From: a virus
Length of the DNA stretch: 64,000 nt
Strand: one strand, 5' to 3'
Virus record (IMG/VR): IMGVR_UViG_3300036846_000738
Span: 1-64,000 of that record
Shown: one piece after another, positions 47,259 through 56,032 of the stretch
Numbering within the stretch: the stretch's first letter is position 1
How the letters are laid out: each line of letters starts with the position of its first letter
Translations under genes and position numbers: made by a program
Notes under the pieces: model-generated
Database searches by the model: none
What the model saw: only the letters and a program-made list of their open reading frames with translations
Told to the model about the DNA's origin: nothing

Positions 47259-48834
47259 GCTGTCTCCTGCCGACATACTGATCGAAGCGCTTCATGGACT
47301 CCTTGTCCTTCAGATCGAGCACGCCATCCCAGCTCTTGCCCAGCAACAGCTCCTTGCCGCGGGCGGAGTCGGCAATCTTCCAGATCGATTTCGGGTCGCT
47401 GGAGCGCACCGCGGCCAGCAACGGATCGGCTTCAGCCTTCGGCAGCTCCAGTTGCTCCGGCTCTTCCGGCGGCTCAATCGCAATGTCGGCCATGCCGTAG
47501 TCGCGGGCGTGACGCAGCCTCTCGCTGTCATCCATGCTGTCCCAGTATTCGTCCTGATATTCGCTGACGCTGTCCGCCAGATAGCTCGGCGCGTCTATCC
47601 GGGAAGCCTTGTCCTCGGCTTCCTTGTCGAAGGCGGCGATCAGGCGCTTCTCAATTCGCTTGCGCATGTCTTCGGTCAGGCGCTGCGATGGGTCCTCCGG
47701 CTCGATGCCCGGCAAGGTGCCTTGACTCGGATCGTAGCCGACCGGCTCCTTCAGCATGTTGTCGTCGAAGCCGATGTCCGGATCATCCTCGCCGTCGCCC
47801 CTGCGTGAATCAAACGTCAGCTCAACAGCATCGTACAATTGCCTGTTGGTGTACGGGATCGGCGGCTGGCCTTTGTCCTCGCGATATTGCCGCGCGCCGT
47901 CGAGCGCTTCGTTGACCCACGCCGGGACGTCTGCGGTGCTGACTTGGTCGTTGGTGAACTCATCGGCCAGCTCGCGCTTGGCGTCATCCTTGGCCTGTCC
48001 GCTGTCGCGCCAGTTTTGCTCCTCGCTCCTCAAGAACTCATCGTGGCTTTCGCGCATCCACCGATCGCGAACGTCGGACTGCACGTCGCTCGTCAGCATG
48101 TCCCAATCATCGGCCTCGATGACATTATCGCGTGCTGAGCTGCTGCTGCTGCTTTCTCCCGTCAACTTTCGCTCCAGCCCACGCCGCAGCTCCGCCCACG
48201 CCGCCGCCTCGGGCACATAGCCGTACTTCGCCCACGCATAACCGCCGACGTCGATATTGGCGAAGACCTTGACCTTCTCGACGCCAAGCTCTCGGTAGGT
48301 TTCGACGTTGCCCGCGAGCAGGTTCTTGCCGATGTCGGAGCCGCGCGTCGATTTGTCGAGCGCGAAGTAGGCGCTCTTCGCCACCTTGTTGTCGAGATCG
48401 ATCTCGCGGGCGAAGCTGCCGACCGCCGTGCCCGCGTCGGTGCGGATCGAGCCGGTGATCTCGATCGCCGAGCCGCTGCCACTGAGCTTCATCGTACCGT
48501 CGAGGCCGCCCATGAAACTCTTCTTGAACTCCGCGGGGTCTTCGCCGACCTTGTCGTTCCACTTGTCGATGAACGGCTCGATATTGGAGCTGATCATCGA
48601 CAGCTCGACGTCGGCCTTTTCGAAATCCTCCCGCTTGACCTTTTTCTTGCCCTTCGGCTTCGCGGTCGATGTCGCGCCGCCGCCGCCTTCACCGAACTGG
48701 CCGCCGTCCGGGCCGCCTGCGGGCACGCGCGGATGCTTGCCCTCGTCCCATTCTTTCTGCAGCAGTCGGCGCGATCTTGCCTTGGCAATCTGGAAGCGCT
48801 GCGCGGTGCTGAGCTGGGTCTCGTCAAGCCGCAT
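47248..48834 (-). CDS. GNAT-like protein with N-terminal HPR...GGQF motif and large acidic insert
   Basis: WDEGKHPRVPAGGPDGGQF; RGSDIGKNLL...ANIDVGGYAWAKYGY. Confidence 0.65.
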   Translation of the reverse strand: MRLDETQLSTAQRFQIAKARSRRLLQKEWDEGKHPRVPAGGPDGGQFGEGGGGATSTAKPKGKKKVKREDFEKADVELSMISSNIEPFIDKWNDKVGEDPAEFKKSFMGGLDGTMKLSGSGSAIEITGSIRTDAGTAVGSFAREIDLDNKVAKSAYFALDKSTRGSDIGKNLLAGNVETYRELGVEKVKVFANIDVGGYAWAKYGYVPEAAAWAELRRGLERKLTGESSSSSSARDNVIEADDWDMLTSDVQSDVRDRWMRESHDEFLRSEEQNWRDSGQAKDDAKRELADEFTNDQVSTADVPAWVNEALDGARQYREDKGQPPIPYTNRQLYDAVELTFDSRRGDGEDDPDIGFDDNMLKEPVGYDPSQGTLPGIEPEDPSQRLTEDMRKRIEKRLIAAFDKEAEDKASRIDAPSYLADSVSEYQDEYWDSMDDSERLRHARDYGMADIAIEPPEEPEQLELPKAEADPLLAAVRSSDPKSIWKIADSARGKELLLGKSWDGVLDLKDKESMKRFDQYVGRRQHAA

Positions 48835-48835
48835 C

Positions 48836-49228
48836 TCAGGCGACCCGATGCAGCTTGTAATTTCGCGCCACCGCGACCGAGGCCGCGGCCCGCCATGGAT
48901 TGGCCGCCACGTAGATCAGGCCGTAGGACAAGGTCGAGGTGATGCCGCCGGTGATGATGCGGATCACGTCGCTGTAGCGTCCGGCCGCCAGCGGTGCGGT
49001 TTTGGCCGCCGGGATTTGGATCGCGCACTGCCCGGCGAGCGCATCGGTGATGGCGATGCCGACGTCGTTTTCATCGAGCGCGCGCTGAAAGTTCGCGGTC
49101 ATCAGCGCCCATTGGATTTGCGGCGATCCGCTCAGATCGAACGGGTCGCCGTTTTCGTCCAGCAGCGTGGCGTTGATCTGCCAATCGTCGCCCGCGCTCC
49201 AATACACTTGCTCGTGGGTGGTGGTCAT
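48836..49228 (-). CDS. Adaptor (BppU N-terminal-like)
   Basis: GDDWQINATLLDENGDPFDLSG. Confidence 0.6.
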   Translation of the reverse strand: MTTTHEQVYWSAGDDWQINATLLDENGDPFDLSGSPQIQWALMTANFQRALDENDVGIAITDALAGQCAIQIPAAKTAPLAAGRYSDVIRIITGGITSTLSYGLIYVAANPWRAAASVAVARNYKLHRVA

Positions 49229-51774
49229 GGTGGGGCATCCCGGTTCGACGGTATCGATAGCGGGCCGCTGCGCTGGGCTATGAAGGCGGCCGGTGAGGTC
49301 TTTCGCGCGGTGACGGCGGACGGTGGTTGCTTCTGCGCCGTCATATCGAACAGCGGCGTGTCCATCCCAATGATCGCCGACGGCGGAGTCTTCTTGGCGA
49401 CGATGTCGTAGCTCTTGTGAATTTTGCCTGCGTTGAAGCGGGCAATGTCGGGCGCCTCTTGCGCCACCAAAATCATGCCGGTGATCGGCACCAAGAAGCC
49501 TTGCAGCAACGCACTGTCGGCGGCTTCGGTGGCGGCCAGATTGCCGTCGATGCGAACCGAGCCGTGCAGGCTCGCGCTGTCCGGCGCCTCGATCGCGGCG
49601 AGGATGCCGACGTTGCGCGCGGTGACGTTGATCGCGACAATGTCCGGCGCCTCGTTGGCGGCGAGGACGGCCAAGTTGCGCACGGCGCCCGCGAAGACCG
49701 CGGTGTCGGCCGTCTCGGTTGCGGCCAGTGCCCCGGTCCAGCTCACCACGGCGCGGAGGTTCGCTGCGTCGGGCGCCTCGCTCGCGGCAAGGTCGCCGGT
49801 GGCGACGGCGCCACCCGAGATCAGCGCAATATCGCCAGCCTCGATCGCCGCCAGTGTCGCGATCCAATGGACCGTGGCCGCACTCGCCGCACTGTCCGGG
49901 GCTTCGGTGACGGCCAAGATGCCGGTGGCAACAATGCCGCCCGAGATCGCCGCGCTATCGGCCGTCTCTGTGGCCGCCAGTGTCGCGATCCAGCGGGCCA
50001 GCGCATTGATCGCTGCCGCATCCGGCGCTTCCGTTGCCGCCAGTGTCGCCAGCACCGCCGTCAGGCCGGTCAGGCTCGCGGTGTCGGGCGTTTCGGTGGC
50101 CGCCAGATTGGCCTGCCAAGCCAGCGTCGCCGTCAGGCTCGCGCTGTCCGGCGCTTCCGTTGCGGCCAAGGTGCCGAAAGCGGCGCCGCCGGTGATGATG
50201 AAGGCGGTGTCCGGGGCCTCGATCGCCGCCAGCACCGCGGTGGCATAAATGCCGCCGGAGATCGCCGCGGTGTCGGCCGCCTCGATCGCGGCGAGTGTTG
50301 CCAGCCAGCGCACCAGACCGGTGGCTGCGGCGCTGTCCGCGGCTTCGGTTGCCGCCAGATCGGCAATCCAGCGTGTCGTCGCCGTCAGGCTCGCGGTGTC
50401 CGGCGCTTCCGTCGCAGCCAGTGCGAGCCGCCACTCGACGAACGCCGCGAGCGCTGCGGTGTCGGCCGCTTCGGTGGCGGCCAGTGCGAGCCGCCACTCG
50501 ACGAACGCGGTGAGCGCGGCGCTGTCAGGCCCCTCGGTCGTCGCCAGTGCGAGCAGCCAGCGAACGAGGCCCGCGCCTGCCGCAGCATCCGCGGCTTCCG
50601 TGGCAGCCAGCGCGCCAGCAACGCCGGTCACCTGTGCGGCGAGAGCTGCCGTATCCGGGGCCTCGATCGCCGCCAGATTGGCGCCGATCCCGGCACCGAT
50701 CACCGACCCGGCGCCTGCAAAGCTGTCCGCGGCTTCCGTCGCGGCCAGCGTGGCGGTCGCCACAATTCCGCCATTGATGGCGGCGGTATCCGGAGCCTCG
50801 GTCGCCGCCAGATCGGCCGTCCCATAAATGCCGCCCGAGATCGCCGCGGTGTCGGCGGCTTCGGTCGCGGCAAGTGTCGCGATCCACACGATGGTGGCGG
50901 TCAGAGCTGCGCTGTCTGGCGCTTCCGTCGCAGCCAGTGTCGCGAGCCAGCGCACGGTCGCAGCGAGGCTCGCGGTATCAGCCGCTTCGGTCGCCGCCAG
51001 TGCCGCCAGCCATGTGACGTTGCCGGTGGCCGCCGCGCTGTCGGCGGCTTCGGTGGCGGCGAGGTTTGCGATCCAGCTAACCGAACCTGTCGCCGCGGCG
51101 CTGTCGGCGGCTTCGGTCGCCGCCAACGTGCCGAGCAGGCCGACCAGCCCACTCAGTGCCGCCGTATCGGCCGCTTCCGTTGCCGCCAGCGTCGCGATCC
51201 ACGCCGCATTGACGTTGATGACGGCAGCATCGCCCGCTTCAGTCGCGGTCAGCGTCAACAGCCAGCGGACCGAACCCGTGGCCGCGGCGGTGTCTGCAGC
51301 TTCCGTCGCGGCGAGGGTGCCGAACGCGGCGGTCAGACCCGAGAGGCTTGCCGTATCCGCGGCTTCCGTTGCGGCTAGATTGACTAGCCAGCTAACCAGA
51401 CCCGTGCCAGCGGCAACATCAGGCGCTTCCGTGGCTGCTAGATTGCCGGTGGCGTAAATGCCGCCCGAGATCGCCGCCGTATCCGCTGCTTCCGTCGCCG
51501 CCAGATTTGCGATCCAGCGAACCAGACCCGTGACAGCGGCGCTGTCGGCCGCTTCCGTTGCGGCCAGATCGCCACTGCCATAAATGCCGCCCGAGAGTGC
51601 CGCCGTATCCGCGGCTTCGGTCGCCGCGAGGTTCGCGGTCCAAGTCGTCGTGGCGGTCAGAGCAGCGCTATCTGCCGCCTCCGTTGCCGCCAGATCGCCA
51701 GTGATGACAGCGAAACCGGCCCGCTGCCCAACAGCCAGCAGATCGAGAGCGCCAGAATAAATCAGGACTGTCAT
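49225..51774 (-). CDS. Repeat protein made of about 30 ~24-25-aa LAATEA(A/P)D(T/S)A units; putative filament
   Basis: Direct translation. Confidence 0.8.
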   Translation of the reverse strand: MTVLIYSGALDLLAVGQRAGFAVITGDLAATEAADSAALTATTTWTANLAATEAADTAALSGGIYGSGDLAATEAADSAAVTGLVRWIANLAATEAADTAAISGGIYATGNLAATEAPDVAAGTGLVSWLVNLAATEAADTASLSGLTAAFGTLAATEAADTAAATGSVRWLLTLTATEAGDAAVINVNAAWIATLAATEAADTAALSGLVGLLGTLAATEAADSAAATGSVSWIANLAATEAADSAAATGNVTWLAALAATEAADTASLAATVRWLATLAATEAPDSAALTATIVWIATLAATEAADTAAISGGIYGTADLAATEAPDTAAINGGIVATATLAATEAADSFAGAGSVIGAGIGANLAAIEAPDTAALAAQVTGVAGALAATEAADAAAGAGLVRWLLALATTEGPDSAALTAFVEWRLALAATEAADTAALAAFVEWRLALAATEAPDTASLTATTRWIADLAATEAADSAAATGLVRWLATLAAIEAADTAAISGGIYATAVLAAIEAPDTAFIITGGAAFGTLAATEAPDSASLTATLAWQANLAATETPDTASLTGLTAVLATLAATEAPDAAAINALARWIATLAATETADSAAISGGIVATGILAVTEAPDSAASAATVHWIATLAAIEAGDIALISGGAVATGDLAASEAPDAANLRAVVSWTGALAATETADTAVFAGAVRNLAVLAANEAPDIVAINVTARNVGILAAIEAPDSASLHGSVRIDGNLAATEAADSALLQGFLVPITGMILVAQEAPDIARFNAGKIHKSYDIVAKKTPPSAIIGMDTPLFDMTAQKQPPSAVTARKTSPAAFIAQRSGPLSIPSNRDAPP

Positions 51775-51844
51775 GGCTCAGTCCTTACGGCCAACTTACC
51801 GCGCCGCCCCTTATCTTGCTGGATGAATGCGCCACCATATTGAT

Positions 51845-52096
51845 CTAGTCCGGCTTGAGCATGCTTTCGAGAACTTTGATGCGCTGTTCAAGGTCTGCAA
51901 TGCTCGGAGGATCGGGAGGCGGAGGTGGTGGCGCGACATAGGGGTCCGGCTGTGGCGAGCCTTGCTCTCGCCAGCGGTGACCGATCCAACCGCCAATGTC
52001 TTCTGGCTGGCTTGCTGTTTTGTCCCAGTTGATCCACTCCTGAGTGTCGACATTTAGCACGAGGGACGAGTCCGGCTTTTGAAAAATCAGATGCAT
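51845..52096 (-). CDS. Small fibre-associated protein
   Basis: W...G...PDPYVAPPP; follows the fibre gene, as 14377..14544 does. Confidence 0.6.
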   Translation of the reverse strand: MHLIFQKPDSSLVLNVDTQEWINWDKTASQPEDIGGWIGHRWREQGSPQPDPYVAPPPPPPDPPSIADLEQRIKVLESMLKPD

Positions 52097-52099
52097 TTT

Positions 52100-53287
52100 T
52101 CACATCCTCGCATCGGCGACCCAGTGAAAGATCACATTGGCATTAGCAGTCGTGTCACTTGTTCCAAAAACCGCGCCTTGATTGGTTGAGGTTTCCTGTA
52201 GACCGCAAGCCTTTCCAGCGCCGCCGCGATAGCACTTTCCGACCGCGCCAGCAGTGTCGTAGAGTGTCACGGTTGGAGTTGCCCTCATAAGGGGACCAAA
52301 TCGAAATGGAAAGGCAAGCGGTGATGTTGTAGTGCTGCCAAGATTGTATTCGATCGGTCCGTTGAAACTCGCGGTTCCTACCGCCTCGCTATATCCCCAT
52401 GATTTTTGATAATATCTCTGGCAAAAATTCCACTCTTCCGCGAACTCACGCACCATGTAACGCGACAAGTCCGACGGGATCGGGGATGATCCGGGGATGA
52501 TAGAGACGCCGGTGATCTGGAAGGTGTCGGTCGTTGCGGCCACACCATTTATCGTTCCAGTAACGCCTGTAAAATCGCTACTAACCCACGCTCCCGCGGT
52601 GCCCAGCCACGTCGTCCCCGCAGCCAAGGTAACGCATAATTGCCATGCTTGAACGTTAGTGTTGGCCCATGTTGACGTTGTATCTCCGGGAATAACAACG
52701 GTTTTATATTCCCACGTATCTGCCACACTGATCGTAAAGCTAAAGGGATATGATCTAGAGGCGGACCAATTACGAATGCTTGCGGAATATGTGCCGGTCC
52801 TATGTGCCTTGACCCAGAAACCAATGGCGATCGAATTGGCTCCGGCGGCTCCCCATCCAAGCCTAGCAACACGGTAGCCTTCAACCGGAACAGCAACGGT
52901 GTACTTATCACCAGCCGCAAGCGACGTGGCCGCAGTCGTCACGCTTACCTTCGCGGAATTTGTAAAACCAGCAGGAGCATCCGTCACTTGTTGAAGAGTG
53001 AAAGCACCGGTGCCTGTAGCTGAGAAGGAAAAACAATCTATATGGTATCTCGAAACGGCAGTAACGCCAGTCAAAGCGGCGCCTACACGTTCTTGATCGA
53101 CTAGCATCGCACCATTGATGACGAGATTTGCATAGCGCATTGCCGCGATGCCATCGAACGGCGTGATCAATCCTGATGGCGAGCGATAAAAGAACTGATG
53201 ATCGGCTTCGTTGATCGCGATCTCGCCAGCCAGCAGCGACGCCGGGATGTTGCCGCTAGTAGAGCTGCGCTTGAGCTGGATCGTCAT
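52100..53287 (-). CDS. Fibre/receptor-binding protein, paralog of 14558..16129
   Basis: N-terminal IQLKRS..G..P..L.AGEIAIN..D; INGAM.VDQ...EGYR...PGDT...CQRYYQK. Confidence 0.75.
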   Translation of the reverse strand: MTIQLKRSSTSGNIPASLLAGEIAINEADHQFFYRSPSGLITPFDGIAAMRYANLVINGAMLVDQERVGAALTGVTAVSRYHIDCFSFSATGTGAFTLQQVTDAPAGFTNSAKVSVTTAATSLAAGDKYTVAVPVEGYRVARLGWGAAGANSIAIGFWVKAHRTGTYSASIRNWSASRSYPFSFTISVADTWEYKTVVIPGDTTSTWANTNVQAWQLCVTLAAGTTWLGTAGAWVSSDFTGVTGTINGVAATTDTFQITGVSIIPGSSPIPSDLSRYMVREFAEEWNFCQRYYQKSWGYSEAVGTASFNGPIEYNLGSTTTSPLAFPFRFGPLMRATPTVTLYDTAGAVGKCYRGGAGKACGLQETSTNQGAVFGTSDTTANANVIFHWVADARM

Positions 53288-53288
53288 A

Positions 53289-54083
53289 TCAGAACGTTCC
53301 ACCAGTAATGGTTGCCATGCCAGCATCCACATAGGCCGTGGTCGCGATCTGCGTGGAGTTGTTGTTGGCAGCCGCTGTCGGTGCCGCAGGCACACCGGTA
53401 AATGTCGGTGATGCCAACGGAGCGCGCGAAGTATCAGTAGGATGAATATGATCTTGTCGGGCGAAGCGTGTGGAGGTGCCTACCGTCGCGGCCCCGTCAA
53501 TCAGTGGTGCGACAGATGCCGCCTGCGCCAACACCATCGCTGTCGTGGCAAGCTGAGTAGTGTTTGTGTCTACAGCCGCTGTCGGTGCCGCAGGCACACC
53601 GGTAAATGTCGGGCTGGTTAGGTTCGCCTTCAGTGCCGCGATTGCGTCGGCATAGGCCGTGGTCGCGATCTGCGTGGAGTTGTTGTTGGCAGCCGCTGTC
53701 GGTGCCGTTGGTGTACCGGTCAACGCCGCCGAGACCAAAGGAGCAAAGGCTCTCAAATCTTCCGCGAGACAAACGACCTGCACCTGCGGCACTGTGCTGA
53801 AACTTATTTTGGTTCCTGCACCGGTCTGGCCCGCGCCGGTGCCGGTGCCGCTGGAATTGTACAGCACCGTGGTGCGCGCGAAGGTGCCGGTCGCAGAGTT
53901 ATAATTTCCCTGCGAGTCCTCCCACTGCGTTCCGTCCGCCGACTCGGCGCGCACGCTGTAGGGCAAGGCGTTGGTCGCACCTGCCGCCGCCGGACTTTGA
54001 AATCCCGGCACGACGGCGCTGTAGGTCCAGTCGGTGGTGCCGCCCGCCGTTGGCGTGAAGCGGCAGCTATTGACAAACGCCAC
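53289..54083 (-). CDS. Fibre shaft protein with PTAAANNNSTQIATTA repeats
   Basis: Three internal repeats; C-terminal ITGGTF. Confidence 0.75.
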   Translation of the reverse strand: MAFVNSCRFTPTAGGTTDWTYSAVVPGFQSPAAAGATNALPYSVRAESADGTQWEDSQGNYNSATGTFARTTVLYNSSGTGTGAGQTGAGTKISFSTVPQVQVVCLAEDLRAFAPLVSAALTGTPTAPTAAANNNSTQIATTAYADAIAALKANLTSPTFTGVPAAPTAAVDTNTTQLATTAMVLAQAASVAPLIDGAATVGTSTRFARQDHIHPTDTSRAPLASPTFTGVPAAPTAAANNNSTQIATTAYVDAGMATITGGTF

Positions 54084-54089
54084 GGCTTT

Positions 54090-54500
54090 TTACGGCGAGT
54101 GAGTGATGGTGCCGCTATTGACGGTGATGGTCTGGCCGTTGGTGATGACGGTCGAGTTCAGGATGATGTCGGTGCCGGAGGTGCCGACCGTCAAGCCGCT
54201 CACGACTGTGGCCCCGGCGTTGTTTCTAAATTCGGCCAGCGCCGCGGTGCCGGAGGCCGACGCGACGGCAGACAGCGGCACGCCCTGCAGGGTGGCGACC
54301 GCGCCCGACACCGTGAGCGGGGTGGTGGGCAGCGCGATGGTGGCGAGCACGCCGGTGGCGCCCGACAGCGAGGCGGTGCCGATCACCAACTGACCGGCGG
54401 TGGCGGTGCCGGTCGACGCCGCGGCGACCTTGGAAGCGATCAGATCGGGCACCAACTGCATGCGGTTGGTTTTGAGCGTCGCGTTGTAACTGACGGTCAT
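54090..54500 (-). CDS. Small Thr/Ala/Gly-rich virion structural protein
   Basis: ASGTAALAEFR...GLTVGTSGTDIILNST..T.GQT. Confidence 0.65.
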   Translation of the reverse strand: MTVSYNATLKTNRMQLVPDLIASKVAAASTGTATAGQLVIGTASLSGATGVLATIALPTTPLTVSGAVATLQGVPLSAVASASGTAALAEFRNNAGATVVSGLTVGTSGTDIILNSTVITNGQTITVNSGTITHSP

Positions 54501-54503
54501 GGG

Positions 54504-55472
54504 TCACCTCTTTGCCACGTTGAGAGTTTCGTTGAGGCGCGCGAATGGAGCTGACCAGTTTTGCGCCGTGGTCTGCCGATAGGTCTGCAGGGTCGGATAC
54601 CAATTTTTCGCGTGCCACCAGCGCCAGTCCATCAGGTGTGGCAGCAGCAGATGCGCGGATGGGTGCCCCATCGCGCCTGCAAGATGCGCGCACGCGGTGT
54701 CGACAGTGACGACGTGATCCATCTCGGCGATGCGCTGTTGCAGATCGGCGAAGTCGCCGTCGGGCAGCGCCTGCACCTGATCGTTGGTTGCACCGGGCTG
54801 CAGGCTGTGCAGCGAAAAGCCTTGGTGCTCGAGTCCGCCGCAGAACTGCTCCAGCGAAAATTCGGTCTGCGTGCGACCTGACCATGCGAGGCCGATGCGG
54901 CCACCGCCAAAGCGCCACGGCACCGTGAGGTAGGGCGCGTTCGGGATGGTATCGAGCGTCTGGTCGAGTGCCGTCATCACCGAGAACAGCGGCAAGCGCG
55001 CGTCGAACGCCGTGAGATCATCGGGCACGCGCGGCACCACCTCGATCTCGAAGCGCTGCGCCAGCCGGACCAGCGCCGGGTCGATCACCAGCGTGATGGC
55101 GGCGCAGCGGCGCAGCAGCTCGGGCAAAAACCGCAGCGCCATGATGGCGTCGCCGAACCCGAGTTCGTGATACAGCAACAGCGGCCCGGTCTCGCCCTGC
55201 CACAGCGGCAGCGCCGCTCTCAGCCGGTTGATGTCCTCGCGCACCGGACCAAAGCCGCGCCAGTGAAACAGCCGCCATGCCACCTCATGCTGTGCGAAGC
55301 CTTCGGCATAGGCGCCGAGCGACAGCAATGCAGTGGCCCGGTTCCAGCGCGCGTAGTTGTTGTCGGGTTCACTCGCCAGCACCGCGTCATAGTCGGCGAT
55401 CGCTTCGAGAAACCGGTTGTTGCGGGAGTGCTCGATGCCGCGCAGCAGCGTCATCGCGGTATCGAGCCTCAT
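54504..55472 (-). CDS. TPR plus GT-B (GT9-like) glycosyltransferase
   Basis: N-terminal TPR; ELGFGDAI, IGLAWSG, DHVVTVDTACAHLAGAMG, DWRW, WYPT. Confidence 0.85.
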   Translation of the reverse strand: MRLDTAMTLLRGIEHSRNNRFLEAIADYDAVLASEPDNNYARWNRATALLSLGAYAEGFAQHEVAWRLFHWRGFGPVREDINRLRAALPLWQGETGPLLLYHELGFGDAIMALRFLPELLRRCAAITLVIDPALVRLAQRFEIEVVPRVPDDLTAFDARLPLFSVMTALDQTLDTIPNAPYLTVPWRFGGGRIGLAWSGRTQTEFSLEQFCGGLEHQGFSLHSLQPGATNDQVQALPDGDFADLQQRIAEMDHVVTVDTACAHLAGAMGHPSAHLLLPHLMDWRWWHAKNWYPTLQTYRQTTAQNWSAPFARLNETLNVAKR

Positions 55473-56032
55473 CGCAGCTCGTAGACCAGCCACGTCCCGA
55501 TGACATGGATCAGCTCGCGGCCTTCGCGCTTGAGCTGGTGCAGCACCTCGGTGACTTCAACGGTGGGATTGCCGTAGTCGTGCCAGATCACCATGCCGCC
55601 CTCGCGGGTGACCTCGGCGGCCCATTCGCTGTCCTGCCGCACCGCATGCGCGCCATGGTCGCCGTCGATGAACACCACGTCGGCGACGAGCTTGCCGAGA
55701 TCGGTGTCGCGATCGCGCAGCAATAATTTGAAGCGCGGATCGTCCTTGACCAGCAGGCCCGGCGTGGAGGGTCGTTCGATTTGCTGCGCCGTGACCTCGA
55801 ACTGGTATTCGGCGACGACGTCGATGCCGATGTAGCGTTCGATGCTGTCGATCTCGCGCAGCACCGCCTGCGCGGTGCGGCCGACATTGACGCCGATCTC
55901 GACCATCACCTTCGGCTTGACCTGCGCCAGCAGCGTGAGCAGCACCTCCTGCTCGCCGGGCTGCATGTAGGGGCGCGCCGTGCCGCTGCCGTTGATTCCA
56001 AGATCGCCCTTGGTGGTGGAGTTGAGGATCAC
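55469..56032 (-). CDS. Class I SAM-dependent methyltransferase (Methyltransf_24-like)
   Basis: VEIGVNVG, DVVFIDGDH, GGMVIWHDY. Confidence 0.88.
   Translation of the reverse strand: MILNSTTKGDLGINGSGTARPYMQPGEQEVLLTLLAQVKPKVMVEIGVNVGRTAQAVLREIDSIERYIGIDVVAEYQFEVTAQQIERPSTPGLLVKDDPRFKLLLRDRDTDLGKLVADVVFIDGDHGAHAVRQDSEWAAEVTREGGMVIWHDYGNPTVEVTEVLHQLKREGRELIHVIGTWLVYELR

Noticed and set aside
53331-53720. Direct DNA repeats of about 55 bp
   Set aside because: Explained by ordinary fibre protein repeats (PTAAANNNSTQIATTA).
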